From the NCBI GenBank assembly GCA_964600125.1, contig CAZRIK010000001.1, positions 5,412 to 66,622 on the forward strand: 61,211 nt of DNA. Direction: 5' to 3'. The position numbers and the translations under genes are program-made. Position 1 is the first letter of the stretch; each line of letters begins with the position of its first letter. This document shows, piece by piece, positions 26,501-37,016 of this stretch. The stretch is from an uncultured Candidatus Bathyarchaeia archaeon. Its GTDB lineage: Archaea; Thermoproteota; Bathyarchaeia; Bathyarchaeales; DTEX01. A model generated the notes under the pieces. That model did not search any database. It saw nothing but the letters and a program-made list of their open reading frames with translations, and was not told the DNA's origin.

Positions 26501-29434
26501 AAGTACGCCAGCCGCATCCCAACCAGTCTTTGGATTGAACAGGAAACCTACAATAAATGAATCGTCCACAGGCATTCCAACAACCTTTTCAACTCCTGTC
26601 TGAAGTTCAGCGAGTGTTTGTTTGCCAAAGAACTGGTATGCGTGGAGAATATTGTCAAAATGTTCTGACAGTTCCACTACTCCTGGATATACAAGAGAGT
26701 TACTAATTTTCTCTTCTACGTTACCTGTGAGAAAATCAAACAAACTATCCCGCAAAAGGAAAGGAATGTTTGTGGATTCTACGGAATGGTCGAATACATT
26801 CTTCGCCAAAGGCATAGTCTTTTCGATGGTGCTTTTCATCAGCTCATTTGCTATGCCAAACCGAGCATCCCTTATGGAAGACAGGAGGTTTAGAGTACCT
26901 TCCGCTATTTTGTCATTCTTCAATTGGTTCATTGATTTACGAACACGTTCAACATACTTGGCATCTTTTTGCAGGGAAGTAAGCGCCATTCTGGATGCCT
27001 TAACTCTCCTGTTTTTCGGCTCAACTATTTCAATCTCTTTTAATGCGTTAATTGTTGGCGTAAAATCTACACCAAACGCATCACCACTACGGATTTTCTG
27101 AAACTGTTGAGCTACATATTCCCTGTCCACGTCAATTCCTTCAAGTGCTTTGACGGGATCTTGAGTGAAGTCCGAAATGACTCTCTTCATTGCTTGAGAG
27201 ACGTTCTGGGAAGGTGGAGTGACGTTTCTTGCAGGTCTGCCAAGTGCAAGTGGCTCTCTTGTGGCCTTGTCAGTGGCATACACTGCTGCTGCTTGTTCCC
27301 TTCGTAGTTTGTCCAATCGTCTGGCTTGCGTATCAATAAATTCCTTTGCAGCAGCTTTTTCCTCTGGTGCGAAGTCTTTGATGACCGACTTTGTGTCCTG
27401 CCCAACAATGGAACCTTCAGTCTGGATACGGTTTTGCATCCTGTCTTTAAAATTCAAAAATTCCTCAGAAGGGTTCTTTACGCTCGAAATCATCTCTTCC
27501 AGTCCACTAAGGGCTTCCTTCGTGGAGAGGGCAACTTCTGCATTTTTTGCTTTCAAAATAGCATGTTCTGCTCGCCCACGGTTGATTGGGTTGTTCATAT
27601 TCGTGGGATCGAGTTCTGCCGTAGCGAGATTTTTGCTCATTCGTGAGTAGTCGGCAACAAGAGGAGAGTTCAGGTCGTTCTCTCCACGCTCAATGATAGT
27701 GGATTTTCGCCCTACTTGAGATTCAGGTATATACTGGATTCCTCGTGAAAGCCCTACATCACTTGTATTTACACCTTTAAGTCTTTGCTCGAGTGCAGGA
27801 ATACTTACTTTGCGTGAGCCATCTGGGTTGGTATTTATACGCTCTATCTCTTTTAAGAGTAGTTCTGGGTCGTGTGCAAATGGTCTTATTTGTTCTTGGA
27901 TTCCCTTGATTCTCTCGTCCACAATTCTGTTGTGGTTTTGCTGGTCAATCGTGGTTGGTTTTTCAAACTTGTGCATAGATTCAGAAAGAGCACTGCCCAC
28001 TTCTTTCAGGTTCTTATTTATTGTGGGATTCTCACCACCAACTGCAATACTCTCAGCCATAGCCTGTGGAGTTGTTTTTTCTTTTGAGTTGAGCAGTTCT
28101 TGTACTTTTGTGAATATTACTGGATTTGCCCTACGCTCGTTTGCAATTCTCTTACGCACATTTTCAAACTGTTTCTGTGTGGTGACTGCCTTTGTCTCAG
28201 GAAGCAGATCATCATAGTTTTTCTGTATCTCAATCTGGTACTTGTGTGCTGCAGCTTCCTCTGGTGGTAATTTCCTATACCAACTGTCGGATACTTTTTT
28301 CCCTGTTCCCAAATCACCAACATACTGCTTTGCAAGTTTGGCATTCTTACCAAAAATATGCACAAGAGCAGGAATAGTAGCGCCTAAAACTGCACCAGTA
28401 ACTACACCCTCTAGTGCAGCTTGTCCCCTATCAACTCCAATACCTGCACTGGCTGCACTCTGGGCTGCGTTTGTTGCCGCATCAGCTCCCATTTCCACAG
28501 CGTGGGGTAGGATTTTTTGTGCTGTTTTCCCAAGTCCTGCGAAGTATTTTGATGCTTTAAATGCACCTGCAGCGCCTCGACCAATCGCACCTGTGAGAAC
28601 GGTTTCGGCCCAATCTGACACAAGAGTATTGGATGGGTCTGCAGCCATTTTTTGAGCAGCAGCAAATACTGTGTCTTTGTGGTTGTCGTAAAGTCGAGCA
28701 TTAAGTGATTTAGGAGTTTCACCTTTTTGGATTTCAATACCAAAAGATTTTGCCAGTTTAGGGTCAGCAATTAGTTTACTTGCAACATCTTCTTCAAGTA
28801 AATATACATTGTCTGACTTATCCAACAACTTGTCCATTTTCTTTTTTAAAACAGACTGAATAACATTTCCTATGGTAGATCCACTTGTGGTGATTGGCTT
28901 ACTACCACCAAATAAAAAATCATCTTTCTTCTCTAATCTTCCCAAATCTCTACTCGTACCACCAGACAGGAAGTTAGCAATCTCCTTATCTGTGGCAGGA
29001 CTATCTTGTAGGAAGGGTAATTGGCTCTTCAAAAATCCAGCAGCAACTTTCACCTTATCGGCCATTGGCATGGTGGATTTGGCAAACCGTTCAACAGGAA
29101 CATCAATGGTCTTGTCAGGATTTTCCACTGAATTTAGGGGTTCTTGTCGAGTGCTGGTGGTATCAACTCCAGGAAGAATATCTATCACATTCCCAATCAT
29201 CCAGTACGGAGAAAACACTCTACTCCACATAATATTACCTTCGTCTTCTTTAGACTTACGAAGGTTGGCCCTTAATTCCCCTGTCGGATCAGTGGTATCG
29301 TTGAATTTTAATGTGGGATTGAATTCAAGTTTTTTGCGTGTGTCAAAGTCATCCCAAGAAAGCGGCTTCTCTGTAGTTTCATTTTTTGGTGCACTCTCAA
29401 AATCATCCCAAGTAAGTTCAGCCATCTCATACAT
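23525..29434 (-). CDS. Giant virion protein (1969 aa), putative internal/ejection protein
   Basis: Uninterrupted 5.9-kb ORF, coupled to neighbours at both ends. Ala/Gly-rich hydrophobic segment near residues ~290-360. Role inferred from size and position only. Confidence 0.6.
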   Translation of the reverse strand: MYEMAELTWDDFESAPKNETTEKPLSWDDFDTRKKLEFNPTLKFNDTTDPTGELRANLRKSKEDEGNIMWSRVFSPYWMIGNVIDILPGVDTTSTRQEPLNSVENPDKTIDVPVERFAKSTMPMADKVKVAAGFLKSQLPFLQDSPATDKEIANFLSGGTSRDLGRLEKKDDFLFGGSKPITTSGSTIGNVIQSVLKKKMDKLLDKSDNVYLLEEDVASKLIADPKLAKSFGIEIQKGETPKSLNARLYDNHKDTVFAAAQKMAADPSNTLVSDWAETVLTGAIGRGAAGAFKASKYFAGLGKTAQKILPHAVEMGADAATNAAQSAASAGIGVDRGQAALEGVVTGAVLGATIPALVHIFGKNAKLAKQYVGDLGTGKKVSDSWYRKLPPEEAAAHKYQIEIQKNYDDLLPETKAVTTQKQFENVRKRIANERRANPVIFTKVQELLNSKEKTTPQAMAESIAVGGENPTINKNLKEVGSALSESMHKFEKPTTIDQQNHNRIVDERIKGIQEQIRPFAHDPELLLKEIERINTNPDGSRKVSIPALEQRLKGVNTSDVGLSRGIQYIPESQVGRKSTIIERGENDLNSPLVADYSRMSKNLATAELDPTNMNNPINRGRAEHAILKAKNAEVALSTKEALSGLEEMISSVKNPSEEFLNFKDRMQNRIQTEGSIVGQDTKSVIKDFAPEEKAAAKEFIDTQARRLDKLRREQAAAVYATDKATREPLALGRPARNVTPPSQNVSQAMKRVISDFTQDPVKALEGIDVDREYVAQQFQKIRSGDAFGVDFTPTINALKEIEIVEPKNRRVKASRMALTSLQKDAKYVERVRKSMNQLKNDKIAEGTLNLLSSIRDARFGIANELMKSTIEKTMPLAKNVFDHSVESTNIPFLLRDSLFDFLTGNVEEKISNSLVYPGVVELSEHFDNILHAYQFFGKQTLAELQTGVEKVVGMPVDDSFIVGFLFNPKTGWDAAGVLHNDVREFSKALRKDPTVFTKLMSLLEGPEHSQKRVENKTLLAIKGSAYNLLNIGKRIAQAVTDKFYNENLAKVFKKYTYLNSQDFNNSTNRLIAHELDTTYVEVNKKTNKAYLTQVGEISRSILTDHEFVQSLSDLDVDQRIIHTHNQISNSGVNFKPVDGVETTEKLAEIIVKKHLNDIEIPELPEDHFKQAFKLALDYYNTIRASDLLGERLNFDNSRKYSSIYDTDLPWHDRRVDYTYVEMKPKDHNVNIFQNIRNWDRDPISSSKFHGSSREGQLGKTYGFEISELKSPAEAIISLSQKNITKGATGLHQQYLINHGTLLNQMGFAYEKNLVDNVIESANFDPNALDLMREIVGSIGLNANNPITHSVMISVHNLLNATGQLAYMPLNTLSTPKSMIKNVFQSYLSARLYADSFDIAKVFVRSIHSGVDRTAAFGINAADNKIVSSVVEQYIDSRMRNQAKEGFIRARNGTFAEEGHHVVTQKAEQAIKWFNDKVNIYGKENIELSMTTGQAQKGLTLYREFLDKVHNGPELEAIQFLNSKNKGITTASAAQWYAQAKAGKDITAPFITQYIDSTIGMFGPITASPFIQSWRRFLPGATMFATAKTMMWMRLFNATSGGVSRALEGVFPKEGLAVMPNELHPHALKVLFGMGATMALFPLLQNGLSDLGGEELFGAETPISEEGMLKHLLKNVARHGVTGGLDMSSYSPFGVLSTDLGEMFKSHSGLDLGTAPGRAILGVGSSVEIVGKILELLKIGMKEYHAQAAQNLTEQMKSLKDSTIEAQIQKEIKDHMASFDPEGFAEFAELSEKAPEKASEKWDKIHEAMTAHHLSLYNELWEGLYKGNPLNMLAWVTVRPQMFHAAMDAYEEELKTYSYLDVLAANGRQGDEKTNPNTVRNILENNGLTYSDLPDGVGSRLQTMGEVVDGLQKLGIISVDSNKELKARYKEIEDKRIRDKMTAPVLVPEALPADVRDAYNKGIQPKGKKK

Positions 29435-29436
29435 CC

Positions 29437-31860
29437 TTATCTAGAATTTGCAGTGGTTTCTTTAGTGGGTTTTTTTGCAGGCTCTGCTGCAGGTTTTTTC
29501 ACACTTTCAGCCACTTTACTTGAGAGTGATTTCTTCTGAGCGGGATTAGCTTTTGCACCTGTGTTTGCCTTTGGCCATTTAGTTTCTGGCACATATGTGT
29601 TTGTCCCACTTACTTTTAAATATCGAATACCATCTTTCTTGTAGACAGTCCTTCCATTGACTTGCTCTTGCGTAGGTACATACCCGCCTGTGCTTGTCTC
29701 TGGCTGTGCGACAGGAGAAGAAGGAGTAGTTTGTGTTTGTGGTTGGGTTCTCGTACCAGTTGTTACTGCAGGTCTGGATGTTCCCGTTGCAGGATCGTAG
29801 GTAATGTTCTTACCCAGACCAAAAGCTGTTCTGAAAGCATCATTTGCACGTTCACGAGGTGAGTCTTCAAAAGGCTCTTTAGATAAGTTTTCCATGATCT
29901 TCATAAACACGCTACCAGCAGAAAGCCCCTTGAAATCAGGGTCATTTGATCTGCTTAATTCTTCTGATTTTGCCCAAAGGTCATTTACGGTCGCTTCATT
30001 CATTTTGAAGTAATTCTGTACTTCCTGTTTGGTTAGCTTATCGGATGTGATTGCGCCCATAGCTCTTGTTTTGAAATCGTCACGTCTCTTAAAGAAATCA
30101 TCCCAAGGTTTCTGCTCGGCTTCTTTATGCTGCAGTGGCATTGGCCTACTACTTGCACCACCAGCATTGGGATCACGTATCTGGATTGTTTTCAAAGTCT
30201 GTTTCAAGGAATCTGTTACTTTACTATCGCCTGATTTTTCCGACCATTCAATCATCTGTTTCAAGCGATCTTCAAGGTCTTTCGTATTTTTGTATGGCTC
30301 TAGGGATTCTTTGAGCATATCTTTCGAGGAAGTCATCTCACCTGCACGACTTGCTTGGCTTGCTTTTATGGTATCACCATACACATTCGCAACATTCTCT
30401 TGTTGTTTTTGGTAATCCATCAGAGGTTCATACTTCTGCATGTTACCGCCAACGTTTAATTCATTGACATTTCCATACAGACCGCCAGCAATTCTACCAA
30501 TACTATCAATCACCCTGTCCCACATTTGATTCTTCTGTGAGTTGAGAGTCTTTTCTTCATAATCTGTTCCAGCTTTTGCAAGCCTATCATCTATTGATTT
30601 AAGCACTCTCTGTAAGTCGCCCTTACTCTCTGAGGTGAGAATTTGACGCATCATCTTGTTGGTGCCGTATTGTTTGTCTATGTTAAATGCACCTAACATT
30701 GATTCGCTGATTGCTTTTCTTTTTACTTCGTCTGGAAGTTTTCTAGTTTTTTCATTCTTAGTATCGGTCTGAACATCTCTCACAAGTAGGGTAGTTCCTG
30801 GTTTAAATACACCTAGGTTTTTTACAATGCCAGAAGGGGGTATATCTTTTTCAGGTACAGCAACAACTTCTGCACCATAAAGATTGTTCATAATTCCGTT
30901 GTATTTTTTAATATCATTCTCTAAGGATGCACGCATTATTTTCTTCTGTGCGTCATTCATAGGATTTTCAACATCTAAATCAAAGTCAGATAGGCGTTGA
31001 TTTAAAGCAGCAATTTGATAAGTAAGTGCATCCATTGTGAGAGGAAATCTACCATCTTCACGAATGATTTTTGAAGAAATATCTTTTGATGCACCTGTGA
31101 CTCGTTGTCTTGCAGGTAAATGATTGCCATCTTTTTCAAATATTTCAATGATATCTGGTTTGTATTTATCACGTTCAGTGTAGTGTGACGCTACAAAGTT
31201 ACGTGATTTTCTTGCCTGTTGTGCAATACTTGGATTAGAGCTTTCCAATGCTTGATTGAACAACTCCCCTTCCATATACTCTGCTTTTTCCAACGCTTCT
31301 GGATCATATTGAGAAATGGAATTAAGCCATTCTTCTGTTGTTTGGGGTGTTTTAATTGACTGTACGTCTGGTGAAACTCCAAATTTTTGGTCGCCTGGAG
31401 TGGAGGTTTCTGCGGATTTTATTGCAGGGGTAGTAGGAGTTTCTGTAGGAACAGGAGAATTAACGTTTGATTTTTTGTTTATGTCTTTCAACTCTGCTGT
31501 ATCTTTTTCCCAAGTTTTTGTAGAGGTGTCTACGGGATCGTACAGTGTTCCTGGACTTGGGCCTGCCTTATCATCAGACCAATCCCATGATTGGTATCTT
31601 GGTGGCTCTAGATCTTCCATATCCGTAAAAGGTATTTTTGCAAAATCAGTCACAGGTTGTTGAGGAACCATATCATTTTCTGGGGTATTTTCCGTAGGTA
31701 TTTCTACCTTGGGAGGCAATCTAAATTGCTCAAACCCAGGGTCAATACTCGGTTGAGCAGCAGTAAATTCCTGCATATCTGCACGTTCCTGCTCAGTTAA
31801 TTGCTCGCCTCTTTTCTGCTTCTCAACCAACTGTTCTGCCTGTTCTCTCGTAATAGCCAT
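29437..31860 (-). CDS. Large virion protein (807 aa)
   Basis: Long ORF in the structural operon. Pro/Thr/Gln-rich N- and C-termini. No catalytic motif seen. Confidence 0.6.
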   Translation of the reverse strand: MAITREQAEQLVEKQKRGEQLTEQERADMQEFTAAQPSIDPGFEQFRLPPKVEIPTENTPENDMVPQQPVTDFAKIPFTDMEDLEPPRYQSWDWSDDKAGPSPGTLYDPVDTSTKTWEKDTAELKDINKKSNVNSPVPTETPTTPAIKSAETSTPGDQKFGVSPDVQSIKTPQTTEEWLNSISQYDPEALEKAEYMEGELFNQALESSNPSIAQQARKSRNFVASHYTERDKYKPDIIEIFEKDGNHLPARQRVTGASKDISSKIIREDGRFPLTMDALTYQIAALNQRLSDFDLDVENPMNDAQKKIMRASLENDIKKYNGIMNNLYGAEVVAVPEKDIPPSGIVKNLGVFKPGTTLLVRDVQTDTKNEKTRKLPDEVKRKAISESMLGAFNIDKQYGTNKMMRQILTSESKGDLQRVLKSIDDRLAKAGTDYEEKTLNSQKNQMWDRVIDSIGRIAGGLYGNVNELNVGGNMQKYEPLMDYQKQQENVANVYGDTIKASQASRAGEMTSSKDMLKESLEPYKNTKDLEDRLKQMIEWSEKSGDSKVTDSLKQTLKTIQIRDPNAGGASSRPMPLQHKEAEQKPWDDFFKRRDDFKTRAMGAITSDKLTKQEVQNYFKMNEATVNDLWAKSEELSRSNDPDFKGLSAGSVFMKIMENLSKEPFEDSPRERANDAFRTAFGLGKNITYDPATGTSRPAVTTGTRTQPQTQTTPSSPVAQPETSTGGYVPTQEQVNGRTVYKKDGIRYLKVSGTNTYVPETKWPKANTGAKANPAQKKSLSSKVAESVKKPAAEPAKKPTKETTANSR

Positions 31861-31905
31861 ATCAAACTACCCCTTATCTTCCTGTTTCTCACAAATATAA
31901 CAAAG

Positions 31906-32661
31906 TTAAGCCAAAAATGCTGCCGTACCCAGCTTCACAACACCGCCTAAAATAGCTGCAGTGTTTGCCCCTTTTGCTGCTGCAATTGCGGCCTTCTTCT
32001 GGTACTCCAACATTTTTATAATATTGGCTTTCGTCACTTCTATACTAGCTTCAGTCTGTTCAGTATTAAAGTTACCTTCGATCAGAGCCATTAATTGGCT
32101 TGCCTGATTGGAAAATTCTTGTTGCTGCTTTTGGAATTCTTGTTGTAGTTGTGTAATCTCTTTCGCATTAACTCTGCCAGCTTCGTAGTCAGAAGTTAGT
32201 TGCTCAAAGGCCATATCTGCAACCTGAACATTGTTATGAAAGGTGAGTTCCTTAGATTCCATGCCTAAATCAAATGCTCGTTTCGCTACTTGTCGTGCAG
32301 CATCTTCTTGTTTAAGTAGCATGTTTTGCTGGAATTTACCCAACTGTGCAGTCTGAGTTGCGCCTATTATTCCCTGTTCTTGTTGAGCACCTTGTTGGGC
32401 TAGGGCATCTTGTTCGGCTCTCATTTTTGGCATACTTTCACCAATCTGAGAGGCAATTTGTCCTTGGATATTTGAGACAGGAGCAGTACCGTACCTCTGT
32501 GCACGGAATAGGGCCTCACCACCGCTGAGCATTTGTGCTCGTTTACCGGCTTCGAGTGAGTTGTCCTTTGCTACCGACACATTTCCAAAGCTATCTAAAG
32601 CTTGGCGTCGGTATTTAGTACGCTCTTCGGGAGTCATTTCATAGATGTCTGTATCGGCCAT
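31906..32661 (-). CDS. Structural-module protein (251 aa), Gln-rich coiled coil with hydrophobic C-terminus
   Basis: ORF starts 1 nt inside the upstream stop. The C-terminus is AAILGGVVKLGTAAFLA. Confidence 0.65.
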   Translation of the reverse strand: MADTDIYEMTPEERTKYRRQALDSFGNVSVAKDNSLEAGKRAQMLSGGEALFRAQRYGTAPVSNIQGQIASQIGESMPKMRAEQDALAQQGAQQEQGIIGATQTAQLGKFQQNMLLKQEDAARQVAKRAFDLGMESKELTFHNNVQVADMAFEQLTSDYEAGRVNAKEITQLQQEFQKQQQEFSNQASQLMALIEGNFNTEQTEASIEVTKANIIKMLEYQKKAAIAAAKGANTAAILGGVVKLGTAAFLA

Positions 32662-33020
32662 TAGTAATTACCTCGCAACATTCCCTTTTTAGATGCGCTT
32701 ATGTCAGGGAAATTTGTGTCCATACTTGCACGAGACATGTTTAAGTATCTTTTACGTGCATTGAAAGGTGTTTCTCCCTCTGTGGGAACAGGAGGATTAG
32801 AGCCCAACATCCTGTTGGAGTAGCCTTCCATGGCAGCTTTATTGATTGGAGTGTTCTTTTTAGGTGCCTTTAAGTCAGGTGGAATAAATGCAGAAGGGTT
32901 GCCCTCTGGAGTGTTTTCTTCCTGTTGTCCTAGAGGATCCCCCACTTGTTGGCGTGGCCGTAGGATGAATGAAGGGTCTTCCATGAGTGTGAGTATTCTT
33001 TTCAATCTATCTAGTGCCAT
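32661..33020 (-). CDS. Structural-module protein (119 aa)
   Basis: ORF in the operon, coupled to the downstream gene. Confidence 0.6.
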   Translation of the reverse strand: MALDRLKRILTLMEDPSFILRPRQQVGDPLGQQEENTPEGNPSAFIPPDLKAPKKNTPINKAAMEGYSNRMLGSNPPVPTEGETPFNARKRYLNMSRASMDTNFPDISASKKGMLRGNY

Positions 33021-33035
33021 GGTAGTTTGCTCCTA

Positions 33036-33749
33036 TTATTTATTGTATTTCTTAATTCCAGCAACACCAACTCCAGTGAGTCCATCGACAATAGCTGCAG
33101 TGTTTTTGGACATTCTCTCAAAGGTATCTTTTGTTCTCATTGCACTTATATCTTGGTCGTTTTTCCAAGTGCTGAATGAGTTTTTCATATCATTTATCAG
33201 GTCTTGGAAATAGTTCTGAATGTCCATGATTTTCAACTTACCTTCAGTGGCCGAATTAAGTATATCCATTTCCGCATATCCTTTGGCATATGCAGCAGAC
33301 ATTGCATCAGCACGGTCAGAGCCATTTTTATAAGCAGTGAAATCATTCGTCTTGAGTTTGTTTGTATAGTCTTCGTTTATTTGAGATTTCTGTAGGTCAT
33401 CTGCTCTGTTTGTCTGGTATTGAGCATCTTGCATCTCATTACCAAATGCACGATCCTTATTCAACAGGGCAGTTACTTGGTCAGCAATTCCAGTCCTACG
33501 GGCATCAATTCCTGCACCATATTGTTGTTGGAATTGGCTAGCTTGTTGACGTCTTGCAACATCACCCTGGTCAAATTTTCGCTGACCTTCTGCTTGTTGC
33601 CCGTAGGAAACAGGAGAAATAGGCGTACCACCACCGAAGCCTTTACCTAAAGTCTTGGCATAGTTCTGTACCCCAGAAAGGGTGTTGGCGTATTCATTCG
33701 GGTCTTGTTGTTTGGTCTGATTCCATACGTCTTTTTGATAGCTTGGCAT
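33036..33749 (-). CDS. Structural-module protein (237 aa)
   Basis: GAGACAGGAGGAATAC RBS upstream of the ATG at 33749. Confidence 0.65.
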   Translation of the reverse strand: MPSYQKDVWNQTKQQDPNEYANTLSGVQNYAKTLGKGFGGGTPISPVSYGQQAEGQRKFDQGDVARRQQASQFQQQYGAGIDARRTGIADQVTALLNKDRAFGNEMQDAQYQTNRADDLQKSQINEDYTNKLKTNDFTAYKNGSDRADAMSAAYAKGYAEMDILNSATEGKLKIMDIQNYFQDLINDMKNSFSTWKNDQDISAMRTKDTFERMSKNTAAIVDGLTGVGVAGIKKYNK

Positions 33750-33769
33750 GTATTCCTCCTGTCTCTTTA

Positions 33770-36484
33770 TTATCTATTTCTTCCACGGTCACGTTCTGTT
33801 GGCATTGGCGGTGCTTTTGGCGTTGCCACAGCTTTTGGTGGTGGTTTCGTAATAACTGCATCTTTAATTGCTGTCTCAATTTGCTGGTACTGTTGCTTTG
33901 CTTCAGTCATAAGTCTCAACAACACATCGTTTTTAGCTTTGATTTCTCCATATTTCTCTGCAGTATCAGTACCAGCAGGTATGGATTTCTTCAGGTTGAG
34001 TATTTCAGCAGCTAATTTACGAACATCATAGATTTTTGCTGCATAAGCATTGTCCAAATTGTGGGCAACTCTCGCTTTAGCTTGGTCAAAGTTTGCTCCT
34101 TTTGGCCAAAGTTTTTGCGTAGGTAGTATACTTGTATCGGAGATGATTTTACGTGCATCATTTGTAGTGTTTTCAACAAAAGTACGTAAATCGTTTCTTG
34201 TTGAATTGCCTAACGTCTCCACCTCACCACCAAAGTCTTTTGCTCTTTCTGCAGAGGAGGTATTAATATCTGCAGTAGTTGTGCCAATATCCCTAGAGAA
34301 CCCCTTCAGACCTTCATTGAAAGCGTCCGAGGCAGATTGTACATTCGCACCACCACCCATGTTCAAGTAGTTTCCAGAAGCAGCAATCTTTTCCTTGCCC
34401 ATAACTGCAAGCTCAGCTTGGATTGACTCATCGGTAATTGATTTTCCCTGTTGTGCAAGTCTACCCACAGCAAGTGAATAGTTCGCCACGTCACTAGAGT
34501 CGAAGTTGATTCCTTCAGATATTTTCTGTGCAAGTATTTCAATATCCTGGCCAGTTTTTTCCAAAGCAATATTGCGGTCATCGAGAGATTTTTTATACAT
34601 GTTGAGATTGGATAATTGACCATTGAGTTTTGCTTTCAGTGCAGCCATTTCTGAGGGTCTATACTGAGCAATGTTTTTGTCATTGACAAGCTTACTGAAT
34701 ATCGTCGTAATAGAGCCAATTTTTTGTTCTACTGCAGCTTTTTCTTGATTTACTCTATTGACTTGCTCAGCCACACGAGCTTTCTGTGCAGCAACTTGAC
34801 CATCCACGATTTTCTTTTGGGCTTCAGCAGCAGAGTTGACTGCCTTCTCACCAATCTTTGGATTCTTGGTTAATGTATCGGTTAGTAGTTGTTGTTGCTG
34901 CTCTTTACCTAAACTATTCCACTTGTCGTCTGGAATGCCAATGTATTTTCGTACAGCAGTTTCAGTAGATGAATTAATAAAGGTAGCCATAGATGTTTTA
35001 AATGATTCCTTTAGTACATCTATTCCTTTGGTAAGATCACCCGAACGAATATTGGCCAGTGCGTTGTTTATACCGTCACCAAAATGACGAGAGTTGATAA
35101 TTGTCTGAAATGCTACTCCCTTATCTGGAGCTTGGATTATGGACAACTTTTCTTCTGCTGTCGGTTCAAACGTAACTTCATTGCCATTCACATCGTCGAA
35201 TGTTAGCTTTCCGGTATTCTGAAGCGAAGTGAGCCAGCCAACTATCTTGCCTGAACTGCCGCCCATCATATCCCCGATGTATCCCTTCAAAGTTTTTCTC
35301 TGCTCTACACTCATTCCGCTTTTCTCATCATAAATTGCGTTCATGAGTCCTTTGACAGGATCGCCACCAAATTGATTTGAGAACCACTGAACAGCAGCTT
35401 TATTGTTCGGGTCTTTCTTTAGATCATCGAAGATACTAGAAGAGACTTCTTTAAGCGCACCGTTCAGCTTATCCCACTCACCTTTGAAATCTTTTTGTGT
35501 TTTTGTAAAATATTCCTTACCGCTGTTGAATAAGTCTTCATTTAATTTCTTATTTCTTGCAGCAGCTTCCATGGCTACTTTGCTCTCTTCATCTGCCTGT
35601 TTCTTCACAGAAGAAGAATAAGTATCACTGAAAATGCCTTGTGAGGATTTAGCCTTTTCAACCTGGTCTTTTATGTCGCTATCTGACATGTTTAAAAAGT
35701 CTTGCAAAGTGAAAGCTTCTCCACTCTCACCTGACCAACTCTGATTGTATTTATCGTCGTCCGCCACACCAAGCATACGTTCGTAGTCTTGTTTTGCTTG
35801 ATACAGGCCAGTTACAATCCCACCGACATCGTCACGTTTGAGTTGTTGGCGTAGTGCTTGAGCTTCTGCAGATTGCCCATTGCCCATGGCTTCAAGGTTG
35901 TTTATTTTTTCTACGATATTTAGTAGACCATCTACACGAGGATCTGCACCAATTCCCGTATCTTCTTTGACAATATCTCTAAAATCACGGGCAGTATATT
36001 CGCCTGTGGTAGGGTTTTTCTCAAAGAATTTATCGCCAAATTCGTTGGCCATTTCATTGCGCTGGGCTATTTTCGCATCAGCAAATCCAGAAGAATCTGT
36101 ATCAAATGAGCCAGTGGTCTGGAAGGTGCCATTACTAAAAGTAGTGCCGTATTGACCGGTCTGACCTAAGCTCGTGTTGGTATTACCCTTCAAGTATTTG
36201 TTTACCTGAGCTTGTACCTGCAACGCGTATGTACCTAAACTCTGCTGTATACGCACAGAAAGAGGATCAGTTGCAATCTGTTGCTTTTCCACAGGTCGCT
36301 GTTGAGGTTGGGTCTGGTCACTTGCTGCCTGAGCGCTCACCTCATTTTGGTTGTTGTTGTTCATCGGATTGCGGGCATTGCTCATATCTTGTTGTTTAGG
36401 AGTGAGCCCTTCTGGTGTCGCAGGAGTTGAAGTCTGTGTAGGTGAAGAACCCCATCCGCCCGATTGTCCCCAATTGTTTGCCAT
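33770..36484 (-). CDS. Large virion protein (904 aa), Gln/Asn-rich N-terminus and extended coiled coils
   Basis: Long ORF. Composition is typical of internal-core or tape-measure-like proteins. Function not established. Confidence 0.6.
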   Translation of the reverse strand: MANNWGQSGGWGSSPTQTSTPATPEGLTPKQQDMSNARNPMNNNNQNEVSAQAASDQTQPQQRPVEKQQIATDPLSVRIQQSLGTYALQVQAQVNKYLKGNTNTSLGQTGQYGTTFSNGTFQTTGSFDTDSSGFADAKIAQRNEMANEFGDKFFEKNPTTGEYTARDFRDIVKEDTGIGADPRVDGLLNIVEKINNLEAMGNGQSAEAQALRQQLKRDDVGGIVTGLYQAKQDYERMLGVADDDKYNQSWSGESGEAFTLQDFLNMSDSDIKDQVEKAKSSQGIFSDTYSSSVKKQADEESKVAMEAAARNKKLNEDLFNSGKEYFTKTQKDFKGEWDKLNGALKEVSSSIFDDLKKDPNNKAAVQWFSNQFGGDPVKGLMNAIYDEKSGMSVEQRKTLKGYIGDMMGGSSGKIVGWLTSLQNTGKLTFDDVNGNEVTFEPTAEEKLSIIQAPDKGVAFQTIINSRHFGDGINNALANIRSGDLTKGIDVLKESFKTSMATFINSSTETAVRKYIGIPDDKWNSLGKEQQQQLLTDTLTKNPKIGEKAVNSAAEAQKKIVDGQVAAQKARVAEQVNRVNQEKAAVEQKIGSITTIFSKLVNDKNIAQYRPSEMAALKAKLNGQLSNLNMYKKSLDDRNIALEKTGQDIEILAQKISEGINFDSSDVANYSLAVGRLAQQGKSITDESIQAELAVMGKEKIAASGNYLNMGGGANVQSASDAFNEGLKGFSRDIGTTTADINTSSAERAKDFGGEVETLGNSTRNDLRTFVENTTNDARKIISDTSILPTQKLWPKGANFDQAKARVAHNLDNAYAAKIYDVRKLAAEILNLKKSIPAGTDTAEKYGEIKAKNDVLLRLMTEAKQQYQQIETAIKDAVITKPPPKAVATPKAPPMPTERDRGRNR

Positions 36485-36494
36485 ATGATTGACC

Positions 36495-37016
36495 TCAATA
36501 GATTGCTACTTCAATGTTTTCTTCAAACAACGAGATAATATCACTCTCTGGCAATATAATCTCGGCATCCAGACGGAAGGAAGAATTTTCTATCCTTTGT
36601 ATTGTACGCACCTGACCACCTATCAGTATACGATCTCTCTCACGAAACAGGGAAATATCTGTTACTTGTACGACATATGTAGATGACCCTATTTCTCCTG
36701 TCTTTCTATTCGTAGAAATCAGTAGAGGTACTACCGTGACAGACGTAGAATCAGAGGCGGTTTTTGACCACACAACTACACGTCCAGTCACATTAACTAT
36801 GGCAGGATTACTGTTTAAATTGTGTGCTATTTTCTTTGGTTGTTTGTGCTGCACAACTACAGTGTTTGTACTTCCTACCAAGTTTTCACGAATACTTATA
36901 CCCTGACTTGTGAAGCCAGACACGAACTTAATCACTTGGTCGTAGTGCTTTTTGAACTCCTGAAACCAATCAGGAGAGTTCTTTGGATCAGGAATGAAAG
37001 TAAATCCAAACTTCAT
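36495..37016 (-). CDS. Structural-module protein (173 aa)
   Basis: Start overlaps the stop of the 1982-aa gene by 1 nt. Confidence 0.65.
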   Translation of the reverse strand: MKFGFTFIPDPKNSPDWFQEFKKHYDQVIKFVSGFTSQGISIRENLVGSTNTVVVQHKQPKKIAHNLNSNPAIVNVTGRVVVWSKTASDSTSVTVVPLLISTNRKTGEIGSSTYVVQVTDISLFRERDRILIGGQVRTIQRIENSSFRLDAEIILPESDIISLFEENIEVAIY